A stretch of DNA of 64,000 nucleotides from Paraspadella gotoi (Eukaryota > Animalia > Chaetognatha): contig CM119268.1 in assembly GCA_051294375.1 (NCBI GenBank), positions 21,139,869-21,203,868 on the forward strand. Reading direction: 5' to 3'. The notes under the pieces are model-generated. The model was not told the DNA's origin. It worked only from the letters and a program-made list of their open reading frames with translations, and did not search any database. The position numbers and the translations under genes were made by a program. Shown in pieces: positions 39,507 through 51,967 of this stretch (positions are counted from its first letter, which is position 1; each line of letters begins with the position of its first letter).

Positions 39507-40823
39507 ATAACATAAACAAACAAACCAGTTTAGAAAAAGAAAAAAAAGGAAAAGAAGAGGATTTATTACTGCAAGGCAGAGGGGAAGAAATGCGGGAAAA
39601 AAGGATTTTATTTCTCCCTCACCTCGTTGTTGTTGTTGTTGTCGTCGTTGTCGTCGTAGTCGTCGTCCAAGTCGTGACGCGTAAGAACCTCATAAAGGAG
39701 GAAATAGGTTTCAGTGAATCGTCGTTTCGGTGATCTGACATTGTTCACTGAGATGAGATGACATGACATAAAACCCAAATGTCACTCCTTTTTCTCTCAT
39801 TTGTGCGTTTGTATGTGTTTGTCTGTTTTTTTTTCTTCATTAATTTCACTTGTTTTTAATCAGCTTAAGATTTCATTCTTAATATTTTCTCTACTTTCTA
39901 TCTCCCCAAAAAAAAAATATTTTTTATTTGTAAATACGTATTTATATGTATATGTATTTACTTGTTTCACCGTTAGGGTGAAATATAATAAGCTTGAGAG
40001 ATGTTAAAATATTTATTTGATGCCTTTGTATGTAAATACTTTTTTAAACAAATATTACTGCAAATATAATGTAGTTTCTTTAATTTCCTAAGAATAAGAG
40101 TAAAACATATCTGGTACTTGATAATTATACCTCTAAACGTTTAATTATTATTGTTGTATCTGAAATAACATTTTTTAACTCGAGAGCACCATTCTAATGG
40201 CTATTTTACTAGTCTAAAAACTAAGAAAATAATTAAATTTTAATAAAAACTTTGAATTCTAAAGTTGCTTTCTATTTTCTGATTTTTTATTTCAAATCAA
40301 TTTTATTTGTGTTTTCGACGTAATATTATCTGAAGCCAAAAAGGTTTCATTTTTGTGAAACAAATGAGAAAAAAATGAAAGAAAGAGGAGATTTAAAGAA
40401 AGAGGAGATTTAAAGAANNNNNNNNNNNNNNNNNNNNNNNNNNNNNNNNNNNNNNNNNNNNNNNNNNNNNNNNNNNNNNNNNNNNNNNNNNNNNNNNNNN
40501 NNNNNNNNNNNNNNNNNNNNNNNNNNNNNNNNNNNNNNNNNNNNNNNNNNNNNNNNNNNNNNNNNNNNNNNNNNNNNNNNNNNNNNNNNNNNNNNTTTAA
40601 AGAAAGAGGAGATTTAAAGAAAGATGAGATTTAAAAATTTAAAAATAAAAGAATTCAAAAATAGAAAGCCTAAAAAGGACGCGAGAAGAAATTTTATTAA
40701 GGTATAGATATATATATATAGATTTAAAAAGTAAAAGATTTTAGAAAAAAATGTAGAAAATTAAAAAAAATGGAGGATTTCTTATCATTAATAAAACAAT
40801 TATTATTGTTGTTATTATTATTA

Positions 40824-40909
<86 letters not shown>

Positions 40910-41011
40910 TTATTTTTAAAAACTCATAGACACATTAATATTATTCTTATCATTTATAAAAAATGGAAAAAGGTTTTTCAAGGGCAATTGAGAATGTAGA
41001 AAGGGAAGGAC

Positions 41012-41043
<32 letters not shown>

Positions 41044-41469
41044 CGGGGACAAACATAAAGTACCTATTGAAGCGTGGACGTTTAAAAAAAGACACCCAGA
41101 ATAAAATAGTTTTTTTTTTATTTAGTAAAATTAGAAATGAATGAAAACTTTTTTTATTCTTTATCCGATTGTCCCCTTTTCTATCCTTTTTCTCTCTCTT
41201 TCTCTTTCTCTTCCTCCTTTTGAAGTTAATCGAAGTAGAGGAAAGAAATAGTTACGTGTCGTTTTCCTCTTTTCCCAGTTTCTATTTTACAATTTTTTAC
41301 ATTATTAGCTCTCGTTCCATTGTTTTATTCTACCTTTTCTTTCCGACTTTGACTTACTTCGCTCACTCAAATGGAATCGTTCTCTTTTTTTCTTCGATTT
41401 TCCAAAGACCCAGCGAAGCGGTGACCATGATTATCAAAAGCTGAAACAGTATTAGATATTTCGGCTCTC

Positions 41470-41935
41470 TTTTCCCAGAGTGCCTTATTTTTTTTATTCA
41501 ATTTTAACTTTAATATTTTACCTAAATATATTATCAAGCTTATGACCTAATTCCTAAGCTTAATTCCTAAGCCTAATCTAACTTTAAACCCTGATCCATA
41601 ATTTTTAACATTAACCTTTAACTTTTAACCTTAACCTTTAACAATCACTAACCAAATCTCTAACCTTAATCACTAACCTAATCCCTAACCTTAATTACTA
41701 AACTAATTCCTAACCTTAATCACTAACCTAATCCCTAACCTTAATCACTAACCTAATCCCTAACCTTAATCACTAACCTAATCCCTAACCTTAATCACTA
41801 ACCTAATCCCTAACCTTAATCACTAACCTAATCCCTAACCTTAATCACTAACCTAATCCCTAACCCTAACTTCCAACTCAATCTTTAACTAAAAAATAAA
41901 TTATTTTAAAGATGAAATGGGGCGTTCTGGGAAAA
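41470..41935. mobile_element. Helentron/HINE-like element carrying a telomere-like 25-bp array (TAACCTTAATCACTAACCTAATCCC)n; mirrored at about 35641-36120 and partly repeated at 50080-50243
   Basis: TTTTCCCAGAGTGCC (41470-41484) and GGCGTTCTGGGAAAA (41921-41935) form a 15-bp inverted repeat with 2 mismatches. It brackets about 8 clean units plus degenerate TAACC units. Confidence 0.55.
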
Positions 41936-42733
41936 TAAGGCTAATATTATTTGCCAAGTCTAAACATTTTTTGCAATTTAATAAAATGACTTTTTTCGTT
42001 GATAATTTCTAACACTTGAACTGCAATTGCGCCATTGATTCGTCAGAATTTGCAAAAAGAAAGATGTTGGCAGAAGCTTCAGCGATAACTTAAGGTTTTC
42101 AAATAACTTTTTCTATTTTTTTTCTTTTTCCTTTATTTTTTCGTTTTCCTTTGTTTTTCCTTTTTTTCATTGCTTCTCAATAAAAGAACAAAAACGAGAA
42201 GTTGGGATTATTTTTGGTTCTGTGACCAAACGTGTTTTCTTTATCGTTCGACATCGTTGTCGTCGTCGTTGTCGTCGTTGTCGTCGTTGTCGTCGTTGCC
42301 TTGAGTTTAGGTTTTCTGGTTGTTTTTGGTCTTCAATATTTTTAAACGAAGAAAGTTAAAATAAATTGGGAATTTTTAATGTAATTGTTTTGGTTTTTAA
42401 ATCGGGAAAGATTATTACAAAATTAAACGATTTTATCATTTAAATTTTATTTAAACGAAAGGAAAGATTTGACACAACAATACATTTTTAAAGAAATTAA
42501 AGGAATATTTCAAAGAAAAATGAAAGAAACCGAATTTCAATTATCATCGTCAATACGAAATGAAAATATTTAACGTTTTACAGATTCGAACGCCTGCAAC
42601 GGCGTCCATGATCTTACGACTAAAAACCTGGGCCACGTTGACCCGCCCTTTCCGCTCGATCGGTCGAAACGACGGAGGAAAAACGAAAATACGATCCGAC
42701 ATGTTCTCAAAACATGACGGGTGTGCTCGCGAA

Positions 42734-42813
<80 letters not shown>

Positions 42814-43409
42814 TGAAAAGCTTTTTTGATTGCTTCTGCACAAAAACACAATGAGATAAGAATAACAGTGGTTTTTTTATTAGTGGACTAGAAAGTCAAG
42901 AGGTTTTTAAAGTTGGGTTATAGGTTAAAATTTAGTGTCAGGCTTTTTATTGACTTCGGGTTTTGAGTGACATGGATAGACATTGAAGAGCATTAAAGTT
43001 TTTTAAATGTTTAAAAATTGGTATATTTTACTAAATAAAAACATTGCTTATTGACCGCAAATAAAAGAACGTTTATTGAATGATTACTGCGTCCCTTTTA
43101 CTTCAATGGAACAAAACCATTGAGACCATCAATTTTGAAACGATGCCAGGAATTGTATTAAAATGATAAAATTAAAAAATTATGAAAAATGGTTAAAATG
43201 AATAAAAAAAAGATTTAATGACACAGATAAAGAGAGAGATACTTTCCGACTGACCCTTTTGAAATAATTTATGCCCTGATCGTAGTCATTGACATTTCAA
43301 TCGATTTCGTTCGTTCGAATGAAGATGAGATGAACGAGAGAAAATATGAAAAAGAGAAAAAGGGAGAAAATAGGAAATAAAGAGAGAAAGAGAGAAAGAG
43401 AGAGAGAGC

Positions 43410-43451
<42 letters not shown>

Positions 43452-43822
43452 AGGTAAATAAAAAAGTGAAAAACAGGAAGGGAGAAACAGATTTTAAGAA
43501 AAATAACTAAAAAATTAAAAATTTAAAAATGTTAAAAAGAAAGAGGGAATAAAATTGGAAAAAACTCATTCAAAACAACGAATGAAAATCAAAGTAGAAA
43601 AAAATAGAGAGACTGCTTTCGCTATTTCATTCAAAAATCCATCTCTCCTTTCTGTATGTCTCTCTCTCTGTCTGTCTTTCGCACTCGCACACACTCACTC
43701 TTATTCGAATTTCATTTATCAGCGCTTTTCCGCGTCCCTAACCAATGCGGATTTTTTTCTTTCTTTTTTTATGCTTGGATTGTTTGCTTTTAGAACCTTT
43801 TTTTCGTATTTTTGACGCCTTT

Positions 43823-43914
<92 letters not shown>

Positions 43915-44542
43915 CGCTGTTTTTTGTCTTCGACTGTTCTCGGCAATCTCTCTCCCCCTCTCATCCATCCCTTTTGCCGACAACGAGATTTCTGTTGACT
44001 TTTTAATTGGCATCGATCGATATTTTCGAATTCTAAAAAANNNNNNNNNNNNNNNNNNNNNNNNNNNNNNNNNNNNNNNNNNNNNNNNNNNNNNNNNNNN
44101 NNNNNNNNNNNNNNNNNNNNNNNNNNNNNNNNNNNNNNNNNNNNNNNNNNNNNNNNNNNNNNNNNNNNNNNNNNNNNNNNNNNNNNNNNNNNNNNNNNNN
44201 NNNNNNNNNNNNNNNNNNNNNNNNNNNNNNNNNNNNNNNNNNNNNNNNNNNNNNNNNNNNNNNNNNNNNNNNNNNNNNNNNNNNNNNNNNNNNNNNNNNN
44301 NNNNNNNNNNNNNNNNNNNNNNNNNNNNNNNNNNNNNNNNNNNNNNNNNNNNAAAAAGAGAGAGATCCACGCGTTTAAAGTAGGACCGACAAAAACGATG
44401 AATGAGATTGAGAAGTGCAAAAAAAAGGAAAAAAATAATTAAAAGAAGAAAAATGAAATCACTGTTAAAAACTCTAACTTACTTTCCTTCTTCTTCACCT
44501 TCGTATCATCTTCCTTACTTTTTATCTAAACTTTTCTTCATT

Positions 44543-47168
44543 CCCTCTCAACTATAATGAAAGGAACGAACGTTTGTTGTGACAGTATTTGTTCGTATTG
44601 TAGTTTGATCTACTTTTTACGTTATAAAATTACAATAAATAAATAATCAGTGGCTGCGCCAATACATGTAAATCACTTTCAAGGGCTTAAACTGAACTGT
44701 TACTGTGGCACTAATATCATTTTATAAATCAAAACAATATTATTTTTGTTTTGAAGTATGATATATGATTAACATGCATTTATAAAAATATAGAATAAGA
44801 AATAGAATAAAATCGAATAGAATAAGAAAAAAATACTTGTTAAAAAATATCAAAGAAATATATTTTTAATATAAGATAATAAAGATTTAAAAAAATTATT
44901 TGCTATATTTTTAAAGAGCAGGTGCAAGTAAAGATCTAGTGGATGTAGCTAAAATTTATTTTAAATGTTCCTTTGCCTTAAAAAAAGCTTCCTTCTTTGT
45001 AGAGCCCTCTAGTAAAATATAGTAAAAATATATAAAACAATTTTAATGAGACTGTTCTTTTGCTTCAGAAAAAAATATTAAAAACTCTGGTGNNNNNNNN
45101 NNNNNNNNNNNNNNNNNNNNNNNNNNNNNNNNNNNNNNNNNNNNNNNNNNNNNNNNNNNNNNNNNNNNNNNNNNNNNNNNNNNNNNNNNNNNNNNNNNNN
45201 NNNNNNNNNNNNNNNNNNNNNNNNNNNNNNNNNNNNNNNNNNNNNNNNNNNNNNNNNNNNNNNNNNNNAATGCTCCTTTGTTTGTACAGCCATCTGGTTT
45301 ATTAAGACAAAAACATATAAAAAATTGCTATTTTGTATAAAGCAATGCAAGTGAAGATCTGGTGTGGGCAGACAGAAGAGCACATTTCTATAGAAAGTAA
45401 AAGGAAAATGCTCATAGTAGAGAAAGTAAGAGACAAATCNNNNNNNNNNNNNNNNNNNNNNNNNCGCCTCCCTGCCTCTCCTTTCCTCTCCTTCCCCTCT
45501 GCTCTCTTTTCCCTCTCTCCTCCCCTCCCTCTCTTTCCTCCTTCACTTCCCCTCTTTTCTTTCTCTCTCTCTCCCTCTCTCTCTCCTCTCTCTCGTCTCT
45601 CTCTCTCTCTCTCCTCTCGCTCTCTCTCTCCTCTCTCTCTCTCTCTCTGATCTGGCTGCCATCGAGGTTCTCTCTTGTTGAACAACGTTCAATTGATTTT
45701 TGAATTTGTCCACGTCAGCGTCTGCCTTTCGATCTCGATTTTTTCCTTCCGCTTACAATTTAAGGTCAAAAGCAATATAAAAACAAATAATTAGTGTCTA
45801 TTATTATTTATTGATTGTTTCTCAAGGATATTGCGCAAATTAAGTCCCAATAAGTGAATAATCTCCGGTGTTATTTTATGTAAGTTATTGTTGTATTTAT
45901 ATAGTATAAAACAGAATCGGATCGGAAGATCGGGCGGATCATCCGCAAGAATCGGAATCGTCAAATCTTGCAATTGGTCAAGGACAAAATCTGGAATCGA
46001 TCAATCAGCTTTGAAGAACCGATAGAATCCTGTAAACTAAGCTCTTTTGCCTCTTTGATCCTCCTCTCTAGATTATAATAGATTTAGCTTTTCTTAGTAT
46101 TTTATGATGCGGCAGTAAATTGATGGCTGGTAGCGACGGGTTGAGCAGCAGCTGTGCATTCTAAAGAGTCCACGCCTCCAGAAGAAGACGTGGTGTTATA
46201 CAATTATAAGCGTACGCTGAAGACACTATTAACGGTTAATTCTGTGATACTCAGTGACAAATTTATTTGAGAAATCACTTTAGGTGAATTTTACTTAATC
46301 CACCATCGAAATTGTTAAATTTTTTTTTCTACTTTCTTTTTATAATTATTTCCCGGTTACTTAATTTTCTTTTCTCCGTACTAGGCATTTGTCTCTTACT
46401 TTCTCTACTATGAGCATTTTCCCTTTTACTTTCTATAGAACATGTTGCTCTTCTGTCTGCCCACTACCAGATCTTCACTTGCATTGCTTTATACAAAATA
46501 GCAATTTTTTATATGTTTGTCTTAATAAACCAATGGCGTAACAAACAAAGGAGCAATTTTTAAAAATAAATAGCAATAAAATTTAGTTTAGGTATACTCC
46601 ATCCAGAGTTTTTAATATTTTTTTCTGAAAGCAAAAGAACAGTCTCATAAAAGTTGTTTTTATAATATTTACTATATTTACTAAGAGGGCTCACAAAGAG
46701 GAAGCTTTTTTTAAGGCAAAGGAAATTTAAAATGAAATTTTAGCTACAATCCCATAGATCTATTACTTGGCACCTTGCCTCTTTAAAAATATAGCAAATA
46801 ATTTTTTTAAATTTTCGTATTATTTAATTAAAATATATTTCTTTTGATATTTTTTAAACAAGTAAATTTTTTTTCTTATTCTATTCGATTTTATTCTATT
46901 CTTATTCTATATTTTTTATAAATGCATGTTAATCATATACATCACTTCAAAACAAAAATAATATTGTTTTGATTTATAAATGATATCAGTGCCTACAGTA
47001 AACAGTTCAGTTTTAAGCCCCTTGAAAGTGATTTACATGTATTGGCCGCAGCCACTGATTATGTAATTTAATTGTAATTTATAACGAAAAAGTAGATCAA
47101 ACTACAAACGAACAAATACTCGCTCACAGTTAACAAACCGTTCGTTTCCTTTCATTATAGTTGAGAGG
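44543..47168. repeat. Second inverted duplication: 44543-45439 mirrored at about 46385-47168
   Basis: CCTCTCAACTATAATGAAAGGAACGAACG (44544) mirrors CGTTCGTTTCCTTTCATTATAGTTGAGAGG (about 47139-47168). AGTAGAGAAAGTAAGAGACAAAT (about 45416) mirrors ATTTGTCTCTTACTTTCTCTACT (about 46387). A 25-N gap lies inside. Confidence 0.85.
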
Positions 47169-47194
47169 AAAACGAGGAGAGGAGAAGAGACGAA

Positions 47195-47240
<46 letters not shown>

Positions 47241-47360
47241 AGAGTAGAGAAGGAAGAGAGAGAGAGATGAGAGAGAGATTGTCGCCCTCGAATCCCGTCT
47301 GATTTTCGCCGGGAGGGAAGGATTACAAAAGGACGTGGCAACATCAAGGGAAGACGCCCG

Positions 47361-47445
<85 letters not shown>

Positions 47446-47499
47446 CTTTCTCTCCTTTCGCGCAGTCCTTTCCTCTCTTTCTCCTCTCTCTCTCTCACC

Positions 47500-50243
47500 G
47501 TAAAGTAGGGACCGACAAAAACGATGAATGAAGATTGAGAATGCCAAAAAAAAGGAAAAAGAGAGGACGCTACTTTAAAGAGAGAAATGCAAATCAGCTG
47601 TTAAAAAAACTTGCTAACGTTACTTTCCTTCTCTTGTCCACCTTCGTATCATCTTCCCTTACTTTTTATCTAAACTTTTCTTCCATTTTTAGGAATTCGA
47701 AAATATCGATCGAATGCCAATTAAAAAGTCAAAACAGAAATCTCGTTGTGGCAAACAGGGAATGGATGAGAGCGGGGAGAGAGATTGGCCGAGAACAGTG
47801 CCGCAAGACAAAAACAAGCGGCAGAAAAGAAGAGAGAGAGAGAGAGAGGAGAGAGAGCAGGAGAGAGAGAGAGAGAGAGAGAGAGACGGCAGAGAGCGCA
47901 AGAGCCAGAGAGAGAGAAGCCGAGAGACAAAAGGAGAGCGTCAGAAGAGATCACGAAAGAAAAGGTTCTAAAAGGCAAACAATCGCGGAAGCATAAAAAA
48001 AGACAATGAAAAAAATCCGCAGGTATCGCTGAACTGGCAGGAGGGTCTGATAGGTAATAAGAGTATGCGAAGGAATCGTCAGGACGCACGGAAAAAGCAG
48101 CTGGTAAATGAAATTTCCGAAATAAGAGCGAGTGTGTGCGAGTGCCGAAAGACAGACAGAGAAAGAGGACTACCAGAACAAGGAGAGAATGGATTTTTGA
48201 AATGAAATAGCGAAAGCAAGTCTCTCTATTTTTTTTTCTACTTGATTTTCACTTCGTTTGTATTGAATGAGTTTTTCCAATTTGTTATCCCTCTTTCTTG
48301 TTAACATTTTTACATTTTTTAAGTGTTTTTTTAGTTATTTTTCTTAAAATCTGTTTCTCCCTTCCTGTTTTTCATTTTTATTTACCTTCTCTTTTTCTCT
48401 TTCTCCTCGTCTCTCTCTCCTCTCTCTCGCTCTGCTCTCTTCTCCTCCCGAGTTCTCTCCTCTCTCTCTTCTTCCTTCTTCTCTCTTTATTTCCTATTTT
48501 TTCTCCCTTTTCTCTTTTTCATATTTTCTCTCGTTCATCTCATCTCATTCGGAACGAACGAAATCGATTGAAAATGTCAATGACTACGATCAGGGCATAA
48601 ATTATTTCAAAAGGGTCAGTGCGGAAAGTATCCTCTCGTCTTTATCTGTGTCATTAAAATCTTTTTTTGTTATTCATATTTTAAAAAAGACCATATTTTC
48701 ATTAAATTCAGTGTTTTAATTTTATCATTTTAGAATTAATACAATTCTGGCATCGTCAAAAATTGATGGGCCATCACTCAACTAGGTTTTTCGTTCCATT
48801 TGAAAGTAAAAGGGAACGCAGTATCATTCAAATAAACGTTCTTTTATGCGGTCAATAAGCAATGCTTTTTTATTTAGAAAATATACCCAATTTTTAAACA
48901 TTTAAACTGTAAATGCTCTTCAATGTCATCCATGTCACTCCAAAACCCGAAGTCAATAAAAAGCCTGACACTAAAAATTAACCTATAACCCAACTTAAAA
49001 CCTCTTGACGTTTCTAGCCACTAATAAAAAACCAACTGTTATTCTTATCTCCATTTGTTTTTTGTGCAGAAGCATCAAAAAAGCTTTTCCATTTTCCTTT
49101 TCTCTTCTCCTTCTCTCCCTTCTCTCTCTTCTCTCTTGCCTCTCTTCTCTCCTGCGTCTGGTATCTTTTCCCTCCTCTCGTCTCTCTCCTCTCCTGCTCT
49201 CTCTCCCGCCACGCTCGCCTCTCGCCCGGCCTCCTCCTCTCATCGGCCATCTTGTTCTCACCCTCTCGTCTACTCCTCTCCTTCTCTCTCTTTCGCCGGC
49301 ACACCCTCATGTTTTGAGAACATGTCGGATCGTATTTTCGTTTTCCTCCGTCGTTTCGACCGATCGAGCGGAAGGGCGGGTCAACGTGGCCCAGGTTTTT
49401 AGTCGAAGATCATGGACGCCGTGCAGGCGTTCAGAATCTGTAAAACGTTAAATATTTTCATTTTCGTATGACGAAATGATAATTGAAATTCGGTTTCTTT
49501 CATTTTTCTTTGAAATATTCCTTTAATTTCCTTTAAAAATGTATTTTGTTCAAATCTTTCCTTCGTTTAAATAAAATTTAAATGATAATCTTTAACTTTG
49601 TAATAATCTTTCCCGAATTAAGAAACCAAAACAATTTACATTGAAAATTCCCAATTTATTTTACTTTCTTCGTTTTAAAAATATTGAAGACCAAAAACAA
49701 CCAGAACCTAAACTCAAGGCAACGAACGACAACGACGACAACGACGACAACGACGCGGCAACGATGTCGAACGATAAAGAAAACACGTTTGGTCACGACC
49801 AAAAATAATCCCAACTTCTCGTTTTTGTTCTTTTATTGAGAAGTCAAATGAAAAAAGGAAAAACAAAGGAAAACGAAAAAAAACGGGAAAAGAAAAAAAA
49901 TAGAAAAAGTGTATGTTGAAACCTTTAAGTTTATCGCTGAAGTTCTGCCAACATCCTTTCTTTTGTGCAAATTCCTGACGAATCAATGGCGCAATTGCAA
50001 TTCAGTGTTAGAAATTATCAACGAAAAGTCATTTATTAAATGCAAAAAATGTTTAGACTTGGCAAATAATATTAGCCTTATTTTCCCGCCCCAGAACGCC
50101 CCACTTTCATCTTAAAATAATTTATTTTTTTTACGTTAAAGATTGAGTTGGAAGTTAGGGTTAGGGATTGAGGTTAGTTGATTAAGGTTAGGATTAGGCT
50201 TGTGATTAAGGTTAGGATTTTAGGTTAGTGATTATAGGTTAGG
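47500..50243 (+). repeat. Third, error-rich direct copy of about 33260-35830
   Basis: Same landmark order (TAAAGTAGG.ACCGACAAAAACGATG ... GAATTCGAAAATATCGATCG ... CCCAGAACGCCCC ... TTAGGG array) with many single-base insertions. Confidence 0.85.
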
Positions 50244-50613
50244 GAGAGGGAGAGGAACAGAGACAAAGAGAGCGAATATGTGAGCTTTACTACTACGAAA
50301 CGTCATATATTTATTTAAACAAATAGTATAATTTCGGATTTTTTTGGTCATTCTAAATAGCATAATAATTTTTATTTATACGGAGTAGTTTTCTTCAAAG
50401 AAAAAGTACTTAGTAGGCAGATGAGAATACTCAACGCGGAAACAAGATATTTAAAACATATTTATCAATTTATAAAAATGATTTTCATTGCATCAATCGT
50501 TTAATGAGAATCTTAAACGAAATCCTTTGTTCTTTTGTTTACTAATTCTCTTCGCGTTTTCAGCAATCAGACTCGATTTCGGTTTAAAAGAGAAAAGACC
50601 AAAAGGAATGATT

Positions 50614-50716
<103 letters not shown>

Positions 50717-51007
50717 GGGATGAGGCCACAACTGTGGCAGAGAAACTTAACTGTTTCGTCCTTAACGAATCTTATAGTCGCAAACTAGAAGTGGTCATCG
50801 AATACCGAACGGACCGAATGTAGTATATTTGTATATTATGTAAATTAGTATAAAATTTAAATGATTTTCATTTTTGAATAAAATGATATCCACAATACAT
50901 AATTTATAATTACTTCATAGTCCATAAATAAATGAATAAAGTGAATAAATTATATTACACAATGGACATTCTCCATTTCCGAGCCGCTGGCGACGAAGAG
51001 CAGTCAC

Positions 51008-51066
<59 letters not shown>

Positions 51067-51395
51067 CGAGTGAAATCTGTGAGCGTCTGTCTGCCTGTGA
51101 TTGGGTCCTTCCTCCTGGCACCTTTTTTTCATTAGCGCCTTCACGACCTCACCATCCCTGAGGGCCTTCACCGCATTCACTGCCTCCATTCTAACCCTTT
51201 TTCCCGGCCACTCTCACTCAGTGCCCTCACTTTTCCATTTGTCCTCACCTCACCTTTGAAATGAGTTTAATCCTCATCGATCGTTTTTGACCGTGTCTGT
51301 CTGTCGGTCTGTCTGTCTCTCTGTCCGTCGGTCTGTCTGTCTCTCTGTCCGTCGTCCTGTTGTCTGTCTCTCTTGTCCTGTCTCCGTCGTCTGTC

Positions 51396-51678
51396 TGTAG
51401 TCGGCAATTGCCTAGGTTCACCCCGCCTGTAGGCATGACACCTTCAGTCCTGACCCGGTGGCTCATTGAGTAAAGCCATCAGCTCATGACCACTAGGTAC
51501 CGGGTTCAAATCCCAACCCGGTACTTACCCTGTGGGAAGCGTGAGGACGGCCGTAAGCCGCCTTGGGGGCGTGGCAACCCTCAAAGCTGGTTCCAAGCCA
51601 GGACCGTTCCATGGCTACTAAGGGGGTTATAGAAGTTGACGGATAGTCATCTTCAGCCCACTTAGCGCCTAATCCACA
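51396..51678 (+). mobile_element. LTR of a tRNA-containing TRIM-like (Helenus-type) element, followed by PBS-like TGGTGAGCCC
   Basis: Runs TGTAGTCGG...ATCCACA. It contains A-box-like TGGCTCATTGAG (51459-51470) and B-box GGTTCAAATCC (51503-51513). TGG begins 1 nt after the terminal CA (51680). Confidence 0.8.
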
Positions 51679-51689
51679 CTGGTGAGCCC

Positions 51690-51967
51690 GTGGATAAGGC
51701 GCTAAGTGGGTGGAAGATATATCCGTAACTTCTATAACCCCCTTTAGTAGCCATGGAAGCGGTCCTGGGCTTGGAACCAGGCTTGAGGGGTTGCCACGCC
51801 CCCAAGGCGGCTTACGGCCGTCCTCACGCTTCCACAGGGTAAGTACCGGGTTGGGATTGAACCCGGTACCTAGTGGTCATGAGCTGATGGCTTTACTCAA
51901 TGAGCACCGGTCAGGACTGAAGGTGTCATGCTACAGGCGGGTGAACCTAGGCAATGCCGCGACTACA
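51690..51967 (-). mobile_element. Inverted second LTR copy of the same family
   Basis: Reverse complement of 51396-51677. It ends GACTACA|tgtc, matching tgtc|TGTAG on the left (4-bp TSD). Confidence 0.8.

Larger units (their letters stand above)
33423..44040. repeat. ~10.6-kb fold-back (inverted repeat with ~5.2-5.4 kb arms) centred on a (GA)n/(TC)n junction near 38884; probably a long-read artefact
   Basis: TTAAATTCGGTGACTTGACGGAATGACAAAAGAAACGAGGGG (38761) is mirrored by CCCCTCGTTTCTTTTGTCATTCCGTCAAGTCACCGAATTTAA (about 38906). The symmetry extends out to AGAATTCGAAAATATCGATC (33431) and GATCGATATTTTCGAATTCT (about 44015). The arms differ mainly by 1-bp indels. Confidence 0.9.

Noticed and set aside
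51452-51525. Functional tRNA gene
   Set aside because: The anticodon and acceptor stems pair poorly, and the block is embedded in a multicopy LTR-like repeat.
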